A stretch of 64,000 bases of DNA from assembly GCA_951406725.2 (NCBI GenBank), contig OX597822.1, forward strand, positions 35,960,001-36,024,000. The letters run 5' to 3'. Within the stretch, counting starts at the first letter, position 1, and each line of letters begins with the position of its first letter. The translations under genes and the position numbers were made by a program. Shown piece by piece: positions 27,940 to 41,587 of this stretch. The stretch is from Octopus vulgaris (Eukaryota). The notes beneath the pieces were generated by a model. It was not told the DNA's origin. It saw only the letters and a program-made list of their open reading frames with translations, and did not search any database.

Positions 27940-28490
27940 TTTGGCACAACTGATTGGACATTGGTCATGTTTTGGCGAGAGTAGTTTTTAGCACTGGAGG
28001 CTCACACACACATGCGGAAATATACACATACAGACAGAGGAGAAAGGGACATTACAATTTATTTATTGAACATGATTGACATCAACACTTTCCCTCACCT
28101 CATCAACATCTTCATTCTTCATTTATCATCTGCTTTCCATACTGCCATACTGGTGTGAGTTGGACAGTGTGATAGGAGATGGAAACCAGATGATTGCACC
28201 AGGCTCCATTGTCTGCTTTGGCAGTTTCTACAGCTAGATGCCCTTCTTAACGCCAACCATTTTACAGGGTGCATTAAGTGCTTTTTATGTGGCACCAGCA
28301 TCTGTGGCGTCACCAAGTAAGTAGCAAGACAAAGACAGTTCAATAGGGAAGTGGTTTTGTGCCAGTTGGGAGGCTAAAGTTCCCATACACATAAGAAATA
28401 TGCTCACGCACAAACAGAGAGACTGGGGTAGGACAAGAGAAATGTTAAAATGTCAAATAATTCAGTATCAAATCAGCAATACCAAATAGG
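27940..28490 (+). repeat. Unclassified dispersed repeat, split by a family B insertion
   Basis: atttggcacaactgattggacatt and downstream blocks recur at ~46769-47090. Confidence 0.6.
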
Positions 28491-29183
28491 CAGGGCTAAA
28501 ATGACTATCAAAATATCTCATACATTCTCAAGGCCCTAAAGAAGGTCAGAGATGCTTCTCCCCTCCCCCACTAATTTAGGTTCATCTATTTAATATCTGC
28601 TTCTATACTGGCATGAGTTTGAATGAGAAATTATTTGAGGCAGGATTTTATGACTGAGTGTCTCCCTTATCAGTTTTTCAAGTAATTTGTTGGGGTTTTT
28701 GCATTTTTTTTTTATGCCAGTTGTCTTCAAATGTGCAAATCGACCAGTCATAAAGAATGCCACTTCTCTGCTCAACCAATGTCAAGCATTGATTATCAGC
28801 ACTTAGGCATGCATACACACACACACACACACACACACATACATGCATTTGTATACTCATAACATGCTCCCTGCAGTTTACATCTACCAAATCCAGTCAC
28901 AAGGCATTTGGTCATCCTGGAGCTATAGCAGAAGAAACACACTTGCCCAAGGTACCATTGTAGTGATACCCAACCTGAAACCATGTGGTTGTAAAGCTAA
29001 CTTCTTAAACTCTCAATTATATGCATTAAAGGACAATCAGATGATCATCAGACAAATACTTAAGGGTACTTGGTTACATCCCTTTACATGCAAATCCCAA
29101 CCAGAATGATAAAACAAGAACCCAATGTAACCAGCTATAAGCTAAAAGACACTATTCCAGAATACCCTACACATACACACACT

Positions 29184-29312
29184 CCTTTAGCATGCTTAGG
29201 CGTATGATGTCGCCATACGATTTTTCTCTCCTATAGCTGCAGGCACATTGCGTCACATTGAGAGGGGAGAAAACTGGCATGGCAACATGATGCGTCTACA
29301 GCATGCTAAAGG
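29184..29312. repeat. ~130-bp foldback (palindromic MITE)
   Basis: CCTTTAGCATGCT/AGCATGCTAAAGG termini. Inner arms taggcgtatgatgtcgccat/atggcaacatgatgcgtcta and ttttctctcct/aggggagaaaa. Followed by TTAA. Confidence 0.8.
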
Positions 29313-29893
29313 TTAACAGAAGACTAAAATATATACCTCCGCATTCTTTGCTGAAACTTGTTTATAAAAGTGGATAGTTTTCTTTTTAGTGTTATTTGTA
29401 ATTAATAACTTAGAAGCCAATTAATTGCCTCTCTAACTTGAATTAACCTGTAACAATATGCAAATTTCTAATACCTAACCTCCTAAAACAATTACAGATG
29501 CTAACAAAGTAGTAGTTTATTATTAATATTAACCATGTTCAAATGACTGCTTGATCATCATTGATCCTTTTCTCTCTTTCTCTGCCTCTCTCCTTCTTTC
29601 TCTCTCTCTCAATCTATGTAACTTTGAATATAAAAAAAAATACAAAGCTTCTATTGACTTTAAATTTAAAATCACTTCTCATTTCTACCCTGACTTGTGT
29701 GAATCATTATATATTCATTCACCATAACAGTCTGCTTTGAAAAAAAAAAAAAAAAGAAAATTTTAAAGAATCAGCCACTTTTCTTTTCCTTCTTTTCTCC
29801 TTTATTTTCTTCTTTTTCCACGTGGGTTTTACGGTAATGATTGATTGCTTGATAAACTTGATTTTATGGTGCTGTGTTATTTCTCTGTTCTAG

Positions 29894-30016
29894 GTCAGAT
29901 ACAATGAACAGCAGCTGGTCTGGTGTCCAAGACTCCAGTGATTTTAGTGATGATTCATCAAGTGGGGAGCAGTTCTTTGCTGTTGGTCTTCACCTGGTTA
30001 ATGCCATTGATTCTAA
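29894..30016 (+). CDS. Coding exon 4 (SDTMNSSWSGVQDSSDFSDDSSSGEQFFAVGLHLVNAIDS)
   Basis: Acceptor ttctctgttctag|G TCA GAT, phase 2. 123 nt open and protein-like. Donor TCTAA|GTACGG, phase 2, matching exon 5. This frame is absent from the ORF track. Confidence 0.8.
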
Positions 30017-30078
30017 GTACGGCCATTCTTACTAACCTTACTAACTTCTTTTTTTCTCTTTTTTACAAAGCTATTTCA

Positions 30079-30181
<103 letters not shown>

Positions 30182-33002
30182 AAATAAGTATTATTAATAC
30201 ATTTGGCTCTGTTCAACTGACAATACTTCTCTCCTGCAAAAATAATAATAATAATAATAATCCTTTCTATTGGAAGCACAAGGCCTCAAATTTGGGGGAA
30301 GGGATTAAGTCAATTACATAAACCTCAGTGCATAACTGGTACTAATTTTATCAACCCCAAAAGGATGAAAGGCAAAGTCGACCTCGGTAGAATTTGAACT
30401 CAGAACGTAACGGCAGATGAAATACTGCTAAGCATTTCACCTGGCGTGCTAACAATTCTGCCAGCTCACCACCTTGATCATCATCATAATAATAATAATA
30501 ATAGTAGTAGTAGTATTAAGAATAATGGTGGTGTGGTTAAGAAGCTTACTTTGCAACCACGTAGTTTTGGGTTCTGTCCCACAGTGCAGCACCATGGACA
30601 AGAGTCTTCAACTATAGCCCCAGGCCAACAAATACCCTGTGAATGAATTTGGTAGATGAAAACTGTGTGGCAGCCCAGTATATCTTTTACATGTTTCAGT
30701 CATTAAACTGCAGCCATGCTGGGGCAACACTTTGAGGTGTTGAATCAAACATATTGACCCTGGTACGTTTTTTTTTTTTTCTCAATCTGTTCTCTTTTGC
30801 CAAACCACTCAGTTATGGAGACATAAACTATCAAGCAGTGATGAGGGACACACACACACATGATAGGCTTCTACACAGTTTCCATCTACCACATTCACTC
30901 ACAAGGCATTGGTCAGCCTGGAACCATAGCAGAAGACATGTACATATACTTTTGTATTACAATGCAATGGAGTAGAGTTTTCATTCACAGGTACCTGAAA
31001 ACACTGTAAATCTATAATTCTGAAACATGTGGATAATAGCTTGCATTATTTGGTGGCGGCAGAGGTTTAGCGCTGTATTAGTCCTGATTGAACAGACCTA
31101 TTGCCAAATGCATATCAACCATAACCATCCTGCCATATTCTTATATGCAGAAAACTTAACACTGTATTATCAAATGCGTATTTTTCTAAGACAGTACTGG
31201 TAACTCAAGGAAGATTTGACTGCCATTTCTAAACAGTTTAGTGGTGATATAGAGGTTCCTTCCCACATTGTTAGTTTATTGCTGGTGTTAGTCAAGGCAG
31301 TGTTGTTTGTTGTTGTGTAACTGCTGTTAACTTTAACTGAACAATGTTCTAGCCTAAAGTGATTGCTGAGAAATCATTAGTCATTATTAAAATATATACC
31401 TGTAGACAGATATAAGCTCAGCAGAATGATAGTCATTTGCAAGAGGTGACTTATGAATGTCACATTAATTATTCTAATTAGAGTTTAATATGTTCATCTG
31501 TTAATCTAATATCTGTTTCTCAATGCTTGTTTGGCTTACAAAGGGGAGATATTTGAGGCAGGATTTTTATAATCAGATACTTTTACTGTTGCCAACCGTT
31601 ATCAGCTTTTCAAGTAAGGGACTGACTATTTTTTATTCCAGTGGTATTTTTAAGAAGAAAGCAAATGGCTGATTTGTTGACAAAAAATGTCAACCATTTG
31701 GAGCCTGGCCACAAATGGTGACATCCCTACCTGTAGGCATACCTCGGTGTATATTGAAAACATTCATACTGATACACATATGCACACATGCATGTGTGCA
31801 TGTAGGCACATACACACAAACAAAACAAAACTGACTTCTTTCAGTTTCTGTCTATCAAATTATTTTACAAGACCTTCATCAAATCAAAGCTACAGTAAAA
31901 TACACTTGTCCAAGGTGCTATGCAAAGGGATTGAACCCAAAACACCATGGTTGAGAAGTGAACTTCTTAACCTCATGGCCATGCCTGCACCTGTACATAT
32001 ACTGAGGTCCTGCTTGCTACAGAAATGGACATTATAAGTAACAGTCTCAGACATTGATTCTCAGATTTGCAGACTTGACTCTACAGATGTATTTATAAGA
32101 TATCATAGCACCAAAACAAACTCTAGTAATGCATCTTTGTTGGTTGTAACAACAGTTTGTTTGTTTGTTTGTTTGTTCAACATCTGTCATTTTTTTTGTT
32201 TTTTTTTTTGTGCTGACGTAGCAATTTTGACGGGGGCGGAAGGAGATCAACAATTTTATCAAATTCATTACTTAGTACTTTATTTGTCAGCTCCTAAAAT
32301 ATGAAAGGCAAAGCTTATCTTGACAAAATTTGAGCTCAGAATGTAAGTGACTTGGAAGAAATATCCCAATAATAATAATTTCCTCAAAAAAAAAATTCTC
32401 AAATTAATAACTCAATTACTAATCAGTGAGTTATGAAGGTTGGAGGGAAAAATAATTCACATTTCTGTCCCCAGAAAGATCTCATTTGTATGTTCCTGTT
32501 TCAGTCTCATTAAAAATTCTTAATCATGCTTTAATTAATTCCAGTGTAAAGAGCTTTGTTGGCCTCCATAGTATGAAACATGAAACATCAATAAATTGCA
32601 TATTTAGGCTAATTAGACTGCTGTAATCCATGATATGTTCAATTAGTACAGTTGCGACAATGTAACTTATTGTTAGGTTAAAATGAATATTCATCGTCAA
32701 GCCAATACTTTGTGTTTTCTTTTCTTCAGCACAAGTATTTTTAATTTGAATTTTCATTCTCACTACATTAGATATGAAGGTACTAAACTTGACTGGGTTT
32801 TTTTTCTTGCAAATGGCTTCTTTAAGTAACTTCTCTTTGTCATTATGATAATGTTTGACACCTAATTATACATATTATTGTATATCAATAGTGTTCTGTT
32901 ATCACTAATTTGGCAAATACAAGGAAGACTATGCTTTGTGGAAAATGTCTAATGGGATTGAAACATGTCTAGTATTGTTGCTATTATTTGTCAAGAATCT
33001 CA

Positions 33003-33034
<32 letters not shown>

Positions 33035-33456
33035 CTAGCAGCATAGCCTGGCGTTGCCCGGGTATGTAAGAGCCCCTAGTAGGCAACGACTAATCCCAAT
33101 CTAGTTATTTCCCTCTAGGGAACGAAGGCGCATGTGTAGGTTGCAATGTCTTCTCTTCACTCGAATACTTCTATGTATACGATGTTCCTAGCTGTCTCCC
33201 GATTGAAAGTTGCGAAAACTACAACAGAAAATGTGTTGCATATGAAAAGCTTAGATTCTCGACCCCATGTCGAATTTATCGATTTTTTTCAGAACTGAGG
33301 GAACTTTTCAAAATTTTCGCTGCGTTAGTTTTGAATTATGACATTGGGCTATGTGTGTGTCAAGTTTCATCAGATTCGGTTGAAAGCCGTGGTCAGGGTG
33401 AGGGTACAACCTGACAGACACACAGACAGACAAACTGCCGTTTATATAGAGAGAGA
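33035..33456 (-). mobile_element. Non-autonomous Helitron-like element
   Basis: On the minus strand it starts TC after A and ends CTAG before T. GC-rich imperfect hairpin (33047-33062) about 8 nt from the 3' end. (ACAG)n microsatellite near the 5' end. No TSD. Confidence 0.72.
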
Positions 33457-35458
33457 TTCCCTGAGCGTCCAATAACACTATACTTGTTCCACGTCCTTGC
33501 GTTGTTGTTTTCTCTTTGTGTTTTCATGTTTGGATTAACTATATATATATATATACTAGCAAACACACATGTTCTTTGGACAGTTTAAGTTGCTTTGGTG
33601 GTATTTTTTCACCAAATAATTGAACTAACAAGAAGGTTTATGAGTAACACAGCAATCTATGTTTCTGATTAACCTAGGAACAGAAAATCAAATTGAAGGC
33701 TGGTTATAGTGGAGGTTGTTGCACTTTAATGATCCTAGAACATATAAGTTTGCAAGCGATACAAAGTAGAGCTACTGAAGTGTTTTGGGAGTAGATTACA
33801 GATAATGACTACAAAATATAGTTGCCTTACATGAAAGTGAAATTTCTTGTCAGAAACAGTCACATAAATGGTGTAAGGAAATTAAAGGAAGACGTTGAAA
33901 CTTCCCCACTGCAAATTTTCTTTTTTTGACAGCAGAGGAAGCTATTTTTTCAGAGATAAGCTAACAAAAGCCCCTTTATTCTGTCTTCCTACATAGCCAG
34001 CACATAAACTAACAGCGAATGCTGCATAAAGTTAAATTGGTATGGAGCTTTCTGAAAGATACGTATAGCTTTCACTAGTGGAAGCAAAACTCTTCTTTAA
34101 AGGTTGATTCTTTGGGACGAATCATATGTGATTGTTTAAAAAGGGCTTGAATGACAATGCTAAAACATATTTGAAACGATGGACAACCGTCGAAATATCA
34201 TAATGGCTGGGTAAATAAGCATCCTTAAAGTGAAACATCGCATTGGTAGATAAACAAAGGTATCAACAAACAGAAGAGAGGGAAGGGAACGTTACCTTTC
34301 AAGTAACTCAGAATAGGTAAAGGTAAGCTTGCCAAAGTTTAATGCAGTTTAAATATGGAGATTAAGATTGTTTGGTATTGGATAGTCATCGCGTACAGTG
34401 TTCCTAGTCAATTTAATCACCGTGGCAGGTGGGCAGTCGAAATAAATAGACAGAATCCTTTTACTTTTATAAAAAGATTTTAAAAGTATGGAAGACCCTA
34501 CATACAAAAAAGCTATGTCCATTTAGGTCCATTTACGTGGGAACTCTGGGCAAAATGTTCAATGCATGACCATCCTTGGGACATAAGTAATGTGTGTGTA
34601 AAGTTTGGTGAAAATCGGTTGAGAATTGTGGAAATGTATGTGTTAGACATTACACACACACACATACTGTGATTTATATATACTGGATGGTCATATTTTT
34701 TGTCAATTAACCACACGCACTATATACCTGTTCTTCACTTCAGCTATATTGTTATCCTCCAGGAGGAGACACATGGAATGGAAAGTTGCTGAAGAGGTCA
34801 CAGGACATGTAACAAAAGATTTCAGGCAAAGGACATTAAAATAAGAATAATAATAGAGCTGAGGTGAGGAGTGTGTGTGTGGTGCATGTGGTTAGTTGGC
34901 CAGGGGTGTGACCATCCCTAAATATAAAAATATCTGTTTCAACACATGATCTCACATCAGGAGTCTTGCAAAGCAAACACATTAACATAGTATTAGTCAT
35001 TGAGATAATATTTTCTTCTCCTCAATGCATAATATAATTATGAGTGAATTTGATGGACATAAACTGAAAGAAGCCTGCCATATATATATATATACATGTG
35101 TGTGTGTGTATGTTTCTGTTATTGTCTCCTTGCCTTAACATTCTGTGATAGTTGTAACCAAATGTCACAATCATGAAAGTGATGTCCTTTGTTTCCAATC
35201 TTCTGTGAAAACGTATCTAGTCGTTGGAAAATATTTCCCAAGTTAGAAACAAGTTGGGGTTGGTAACAAGAAGGGCATCTGACTGCAGAAAATCTGCTTC
35301 AATAAACTCCATCTGACCTGTGCGCAAGCATGAAGGAAAATGATGGCGATTTTCTTTTTCTCATTATATTTATGTAACTCTCAAAATAGTATGACCATCA
35401 CACAAATATTCGCAAACATTGTTATCAGTCATAGAATGATTTTGGTTTTCGACTAGAC

Positions 35459-35757
35459 CAGTAATTCTCAACCGGGATCCATATAACACCCCTTGTAGTC
35501 TACACAAGCAAAATAGTAAACCCACAGTGATTTATTAAGGGGCTATGAAAAAAATTTTTCTTTAGATGTATTTATTGTACGAAACAGCAAGATTTCTTTC
35601 AACCTACACCAGTTACTATGTGAAAAGCAAAGTAGGAATTTTGAAAGAAGTATCTATAAAACTAATTTTTAAACATCAAATGGCTATGCAGGTCTACCAG
35701 AGTAAAGTTGTAATGAAAGGGGTCTATAAGTAAAAAAAATACGATTGAGAACCACTG
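35459..35757. mobile_element. hAT MITE, same family as 37352-38141
   Basis: Ends CAGTAATTCTCAACC / GATTGAGAACCACTG, degenerate TSD GACTAGAC/AACTAGAG, shared internal sequence. Confidence 0.75.
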
Positions 35758-36344
35758 AACTAGAGAAAAGGCCAATACTTACAAAGGAGAGAGAAGTAGT
35801 TGAGAAGACTTTCACGGTATTACTGTTGCATATCTTAGCAACCCTGTAGAAAGGCAAGGTCAACGCCAGTTGAATTTGATCTCAGAATGTTCTTTTACCT
35901 TTTGTTTTTTCTCTTCTTTTCTTTTTCCAATTAACTTGCTTTAGTCATAGAATATTTTTCAAAGGAAATTACTTTCACTAATGACTGAGCAACATTATGA
36001 TCACGCTAAAAGTTTTCATCTCAAAGACATCTTTGCTCTAACTTTTAACATGAAAGCATTTTTCCAAACAACTGATATGTGGGTTCAAGTTTTTTTTTTT
36101 TTTTCTCTTTTTTCTTTTCCCCACCCAATATTCAAATACCTACCTATTGATCACAAGCTTTCTATCTTGATTGATGCAGTTAAAATTTACATCAAGGAAT
36201 TTACTATTCAATGACTTGTGGAGGATCAATGACCAATTAATCAGAAACAGAAATAATCAATTGAAAATAAACTTCTTTTTTTCTTTTTATGCTACAACAC
36301 CACTGTCTAGTTCTTCCAGCTCTAACCTTAATGGCACTTATTTA

Positions 36345-36790
36345 TTTTCTTTGCTTCCTATGGACCATAGGCCATTGAAGACATTTTTTTTTAACAAGCT
36401 AACTGGCTAATCGTGACAGTGCCTGTTCTGGCACTGTGTTTCTACATATCTTTTCTACTTCTCCTCAGTTGCATCGCTGCTTTTCCTTTGCAGCTTCCTT
36501 TTGGATTTTGCTGCAGCAAGTTATACGATTCTTTAAAGGAAGGTTTTCTTCTCCCAGTTCTTGTTGGCTTTGAATTGCCATCAATGCTTCTGTAACTCCA
36601 CTACTTTTTCTTGGTAGGGGTATTGGTCCTATGCAAACTCATTTTTACCTCAGAAGAGGTGGTTCATGTTAGTCTGCTCTCTTTCCCTTGACTTTTCCAA
36701 CATGGGAGGCTCTACCAGAAGCTTGTGTTCCATTGGCATAGCTCTTAAGGTTACTGAGACAAACATATCACCACAAGGACTGAACCTTGT
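36345..36790 (-). mobile_element. Non-autonomous RTE-derived element (5' UTR plus 3' end)
   Basis: Reverse complement shares blocks with 58085-58372 (gctatgcc...ctggtagagcctcccatgttggaaaagtcaa...cagact; 3' ggcctatggtccatagg). The RTE assignment is from recalled motifs. Confidence 0.45.
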
Positions 36791-37351
36791 CAGGTCGCTT
36801 TGTAGCACTACTGGTAACATGAAGCATTAATAGTACTCCAAAACAGAGAGAAGTAATTGTCATTATGGGAGAGCATTGGAAAACTGTTGATACTTATAAG
36901 CAAATAGAGGAAGAGTAAAGAACTAGATGATGAAGATATATTCTGTTGCTCCCAAGTACAATGATTATGATAATAATGATAAAAATATGTCTGTTTTTAA
37001 TTATTAATTATGTTGATAATTCCAAAATTTAGCAATCGTAGTCATTTTTATAGGGTGTTGGGGTACAGGGCTTGTACTGGCATGGGTTAGACACATGTGT
37101 TTCAAAACAACATTTTGCCATTTGTCACAGTTCTCCATCATAATCGTCTGTGTTACCAAGAATCTTGAGACAAAACCTTACTTGTTTAAAAAAATTTTTT
37201 GTTTGTATGTTTTTTTTTTTGTCCGTGTGTTCCTCTGTCTTCCTCTTCCACTGGCTCTTTTTTGTTTTTGGGTTGGGGGTCAGGGTGATTGATACTTTAT
37301 TGAGCTGTCCTCTTTCTTGTCCATTACACATCTGTGCCAGCAGATCTAGAA

Positions 37352-37840
37352 CAGTGGTTCTCAACCAGGGTCCATATGGCCTCTGATTGTCCATAGAAGA
37401 CTTTTGGGGGCCCATGCAACAAATTAGTAAACTGGGGGTCCATGAGAGTATTTCAAGTGCCTCTGAAAAAATTTTGCTTTAGAAGTATGTATTGTAAGAA
37501 ACAGCTAGGTTTCTTTCTCTAAAATTTTACATAGTTTAACCTTTGCAAGTTAATGAGTGAAAAGCAAACTAAGAATTTTAAAAGAAGTTTCTATAAAACT
37601 AGTTTAGAACTAGTTTCTAAACATTGAATGGCTATAGAGGTCCACCAAAATAAAATAGCAGTCAAAGGGGTCCACAGTAGGCGTAGGAGTGGTTGTGTGG
37701 TAAGTAGCTTGCTTATGAACTACATGGTTCCGGGTTCAGTTCCACTGCATGGCACTTTGGGCAAGTGTCTTCTACTATAGCCTCGGGCCGACCAAAGCCT
37801 TGTGAGTGGATTTGGTAGACGGAAACTGAAAGAAGCCCGT

Positions 37841-37913
<73 letters not shown>

Positions 37914-38141
37914 GTGTCTGTGTTTGTCCCCCCAACATAGCTTGACAACCGATGCTGGTGTGTTTACATCCCCGTAACTTAGCGGTTCGGCAAAACAGAC
38001 TGATAGAATAAGTACTAGGCTTACAAAGAATAAGTCCTGGGGTCGATTTGCTCGACTAAAGGCCATGCTCCAGCATGGCCACAGTCAAATGACTGAAACA
38101 AGTAAAAGAGTAAGGTAAAAAAAAATGGTTGAGAACTCCTG
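37352..38141. mobile_element. hAT (Charlie-like) MITE containing a nested SINE
   Basis: Ends CAGTGGTTCTCAACC ... GGTTGAGAACTCCTG. Perfect 8-bp TSD ATCTAGAA (37344-51, 38142-49), matching the nTCTAGAn target preference of Charlie-type hATs. Confidence 0.88.
37680..38112 (+). mobile_element. SINE family A, full length, inside the hAT MITE
   Basis: Near-identical to 18095-18490 apart from microsatellite length. Confidence 0.9.
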
Positions 38142-38856
38142 ATCTAGAATATTACAGCTGACTCCTCCGATATGCCCAGTTTTCCTCTCAGCTCCCCTTT
38201 GCTCTATCATTCATGCACACCAAACCATCATTGCACATCCACTGGATTATGCTCACCACATTTCTGTCCAGCCTTCACAATTCTATATCTGTTCCATTTT
38301 TTTCTTTTTATTCATTTTGAAATTGTTAAAAGTACTTCAACATAGGCACAGGTATGGCTGTGTGATTAAGAAGCTTACTTGGCAACCCCGTAGCTTCAGG
38401 TTCAGTCCCACTGCACAGCACCTTGAATAAGTGTCTTCTACTGTAACCCCAGGGTGAACGATGCCCTGTGAGTGGATTTCGTAGATGGAAATTGCGTGAA
38501 AGCCCATTATATATGCATTGTGCATGTATCTGTATGTGTTTGCCTCTTACCCACCCAACATCACCACCACCACCATTCAACAATTAGTTTTGTTTTGTTT
38601 ATGTCCCTGTCACTTAGCAGTTCAACAAAAAGAGTCTGGTAGAATAAGCACCAGATTTTAAAAGAAGCACAAGAACTGAGAATCAATGTGTTCAACTAAA
38701 TCACTTCAAAAATGTACCCCAGCATGGGCACAGTCCATTGACTAAAACAAGTTAAAAATGATAGGCTTGTGAGTGGATTTGGTAAGCAGAAACTGAAAGA
38801 AGCCCATGTGTGTGTGTGTGTATATATATATATGTATATATATACATACATATATA

Positions 38857-39061
38857 CAGGGTGTCCCAGAAGTCACTACCATCCTGGTCTTTTAAAAGAA
38901 TACACCATTATTGATTTCAAAAACACTTTATTGAAATTAATCGTAACAAATGCTCAAATTGAGCACCCTCTACAATAAAACATGAAGAAAAAAATATAAT
39001 AAAATAAAATGCTTTATTTTAAATGAAAACCAGAATAGTGCATGACTTCTGGGACACCCTG
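38857..39061. mobile_element. Tc1/mariner-type MITE nested in the TA microsatellite of a family A SINE
   Basis: Perfect 19-bp TIR CAGGGTGTCCCAGAAGTCA / TGACTTCTGGGACACCCTG, preceded by TA. Confidence 0.85.
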
Positions 39062-39081
39062 TGTGTGTGTGTGTATGTATG

Positions 39082-39121
<40 letters not shown>

Positions 39122-39479
39122 TGTATGTATGCATATCTATGTGTGCATGTATTTGTTGGTGTGTTTACATCTGTAACTTAGCTGTTCAGCAAAAGAGACT
39201 GACAGAATAAGTACCAGGCTTTTATTTTAAAAAAAACAAAGTTCTGGTGTCGATTCATTCAACTAAAATATATTTCAAAGTAGTGCTCCAGCATGGCCAC
39301 AGTCTTCTAACTGAAACTAGTGAAAGATAAGATTCTACCTCCAACCATAGCAAAGACTGCATCTCAGTGACTGACCTTCCTCTTGAGGGCCAGAAAATGC
39401 TTCAGACTCCTTCCTTTTACCAAGCTCAGGTGAGGTCCACAATGGAGTTCTGCTCCTACACCTGGGATACTGGTACTCT

Positions 39480-39802
39480 TTTGGTTACAATGATGAGGGT
39501 TCCAGTTGATCCAATCAATGGAACAGCCTGCTTGTGAAATTAACATGCAAAAGGCTGAGCACTCCACAGACATGTATATCGTATCCTTAATGTAGTTCTC
39601 TGGAACTTTCAGTGTGACACAGAATGTGACAAGGCTGGCCCTTTAAGTTACACAGGCACAACTTATTTTTGCCAGCTGAGTGAATTGGACCAACATGAAA
39701 TAAAGTGTCTTGCTCAAGGACACCGCACACCACCACAATATTGAACTCACAACCTTACGACCATGACCCAAATACCCTAACCTCTAAGCCATATGCCTTC
39801 AC
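39480..39802 (-). mobile_element. tRNA-derived SINE family D
   Basis: Reverse complement starts gtgaaggcatatggcttagaggttagg (A-box), gtgagttcaat (B-box), then gtccttgagcaagacacttta. A partial copy at ~53745-54130 is split by a MITE. Confidence 0.7.
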
Positions 39803-41587
39803 ACATCTTGACTAGTGCTGTTGCCATACACACACACACACATCCATTCTAGACTGGATTTGGAGAAGGGCCAAATGCTGTTTACTCTCTCTCTCTCTCT
39901 CTCTCTCTGCTCTTTCTGCTGTTACTATAATGGCCCCTGCTCCTCATGACTGCTATTCTAATACCTCCTCATGTCACTCATCTCTCCTCTTCCTAACACT
40001 CTTTGTATCCGGGGCTTTATACTAACCACTATATCCAGTCTATCCTTCCCAGAATCACCCCTCTGTTTTTCTTGCAGTTGTCGAATTGCAAGTGTTCATG
40101 CAGGATGCTAATGGCATCAATCTCACTGGTCTTAGATGATCTGCAAAAACTGTGGACATAGTCACTTCCCCATGGACCTATCTAGTAAATAAAGAACAAA
40201 ACAAACTAAGGTTCCTTATATGTGCAGGCATGGTTGTGTGATAAGAAGTTTGCTTCCCAACCACGTGGTTCTGGGTTCAGTCCCACTGCGTGGCACCTTG
40301 GGCAAGTGTCTTCTACTATAACCTCAGACCAACCAAAGCCTTGTGAGTGGATTTGGTAGATGACAACTGAAAGGAGCCCATTGTATATGTATGTGTGTTT
40401 GTCCCCTACCATCACTTGCAACCAGTGTTGGTTTGTTTGTGTCCTTGTAACTTAGCAGTTCAGCAAAAGAGAATGTTGTTAGAATGGCAGAATTGTTAAA
40501 ACATTGGGGAAAATGCTTGGCAGTATTTGTGCCAACAAGTTTTGAGATCAAATCCCAAGATCAGCTCTGTCTTTCATACAGCTGACTATCAAAATTGTTG
40601 GCCTTGTGCCTAAATTAAAAACACTGTATTTCCTCAGTCACTTAGTACTACCATGATAGGCAGCACAGACATGACTATGTGGGTAACATGCTCACTTTGC
40701 AACCAACCATGTGGTTTGGGGTTCAATCTCACTGCATAGCATATTGGGCAAGTGTCTTCTATTACAGCCCTGAGACAACCAGTGTTTTGTAAAGTTTGGG
40801 ACAAAAATAGTGTGAAAGCCTGTTGTGTGTGTGTCCATGTCCATTTATGTTTAGCCCACCACTACTACCATTTGACAACCTGTGCTAGTTTGTTTACATC
40901 CCTGTAACTTAGCAGTTCAGCAAAAGGGGCTGATAGAATAAGTTATCAGTTTTAAAAAAAGTAAGTATTGGGGGTTAATATATTCAATGAAACCCTTCAA
41001 TGCAATGCTCCAGCATGGTTGCAATCCAATAACTGAAGCAAGTAAATGCTTTGCACGAACCGGTGAAGGCGCACACCTACGTCTAAAGAGCTTATCTCAA
41101 ACCAGTAAAGCTCCTCTGTAACATTACCAGGCCAGGGACTTTTGGTAATTATCCATAGGCCCACTACCTTGGCTGAGAGTACCTTTAATGGTGCCTGTAC
41201 TGAGTTTGACTAATAACATGTAGTGAAAATTTGAGAGATGAGAAGTGTCTGGAAGCTTATACAATAGAATAGTTTTCATTCTTGAGTAGAAGATTTAACA
41301 CATTACTTAGTCTAATACTACCACTTCGTTAATACTTGGATGCTTTGAGTGGAGTTTGCTCATAATACCCAGGTGACTAAAGACTTATAAGTGAACTTTG
41401 ATTGATCAGAACTTTCCTATAAAGGATTGGTTTCTATTATTGAATGATAAACTTAATATGTTTCTCAGTTTAACACCACCACCTAGTCCTTGTGTACCTT
41501 CAGTGGAATTTGCTCTGTTGCAAGCATTTGGGCCATATATCCAGTTAACTTCCTGCCATCAGTCCCAGGGGCTGTGTGAAAGAAATA

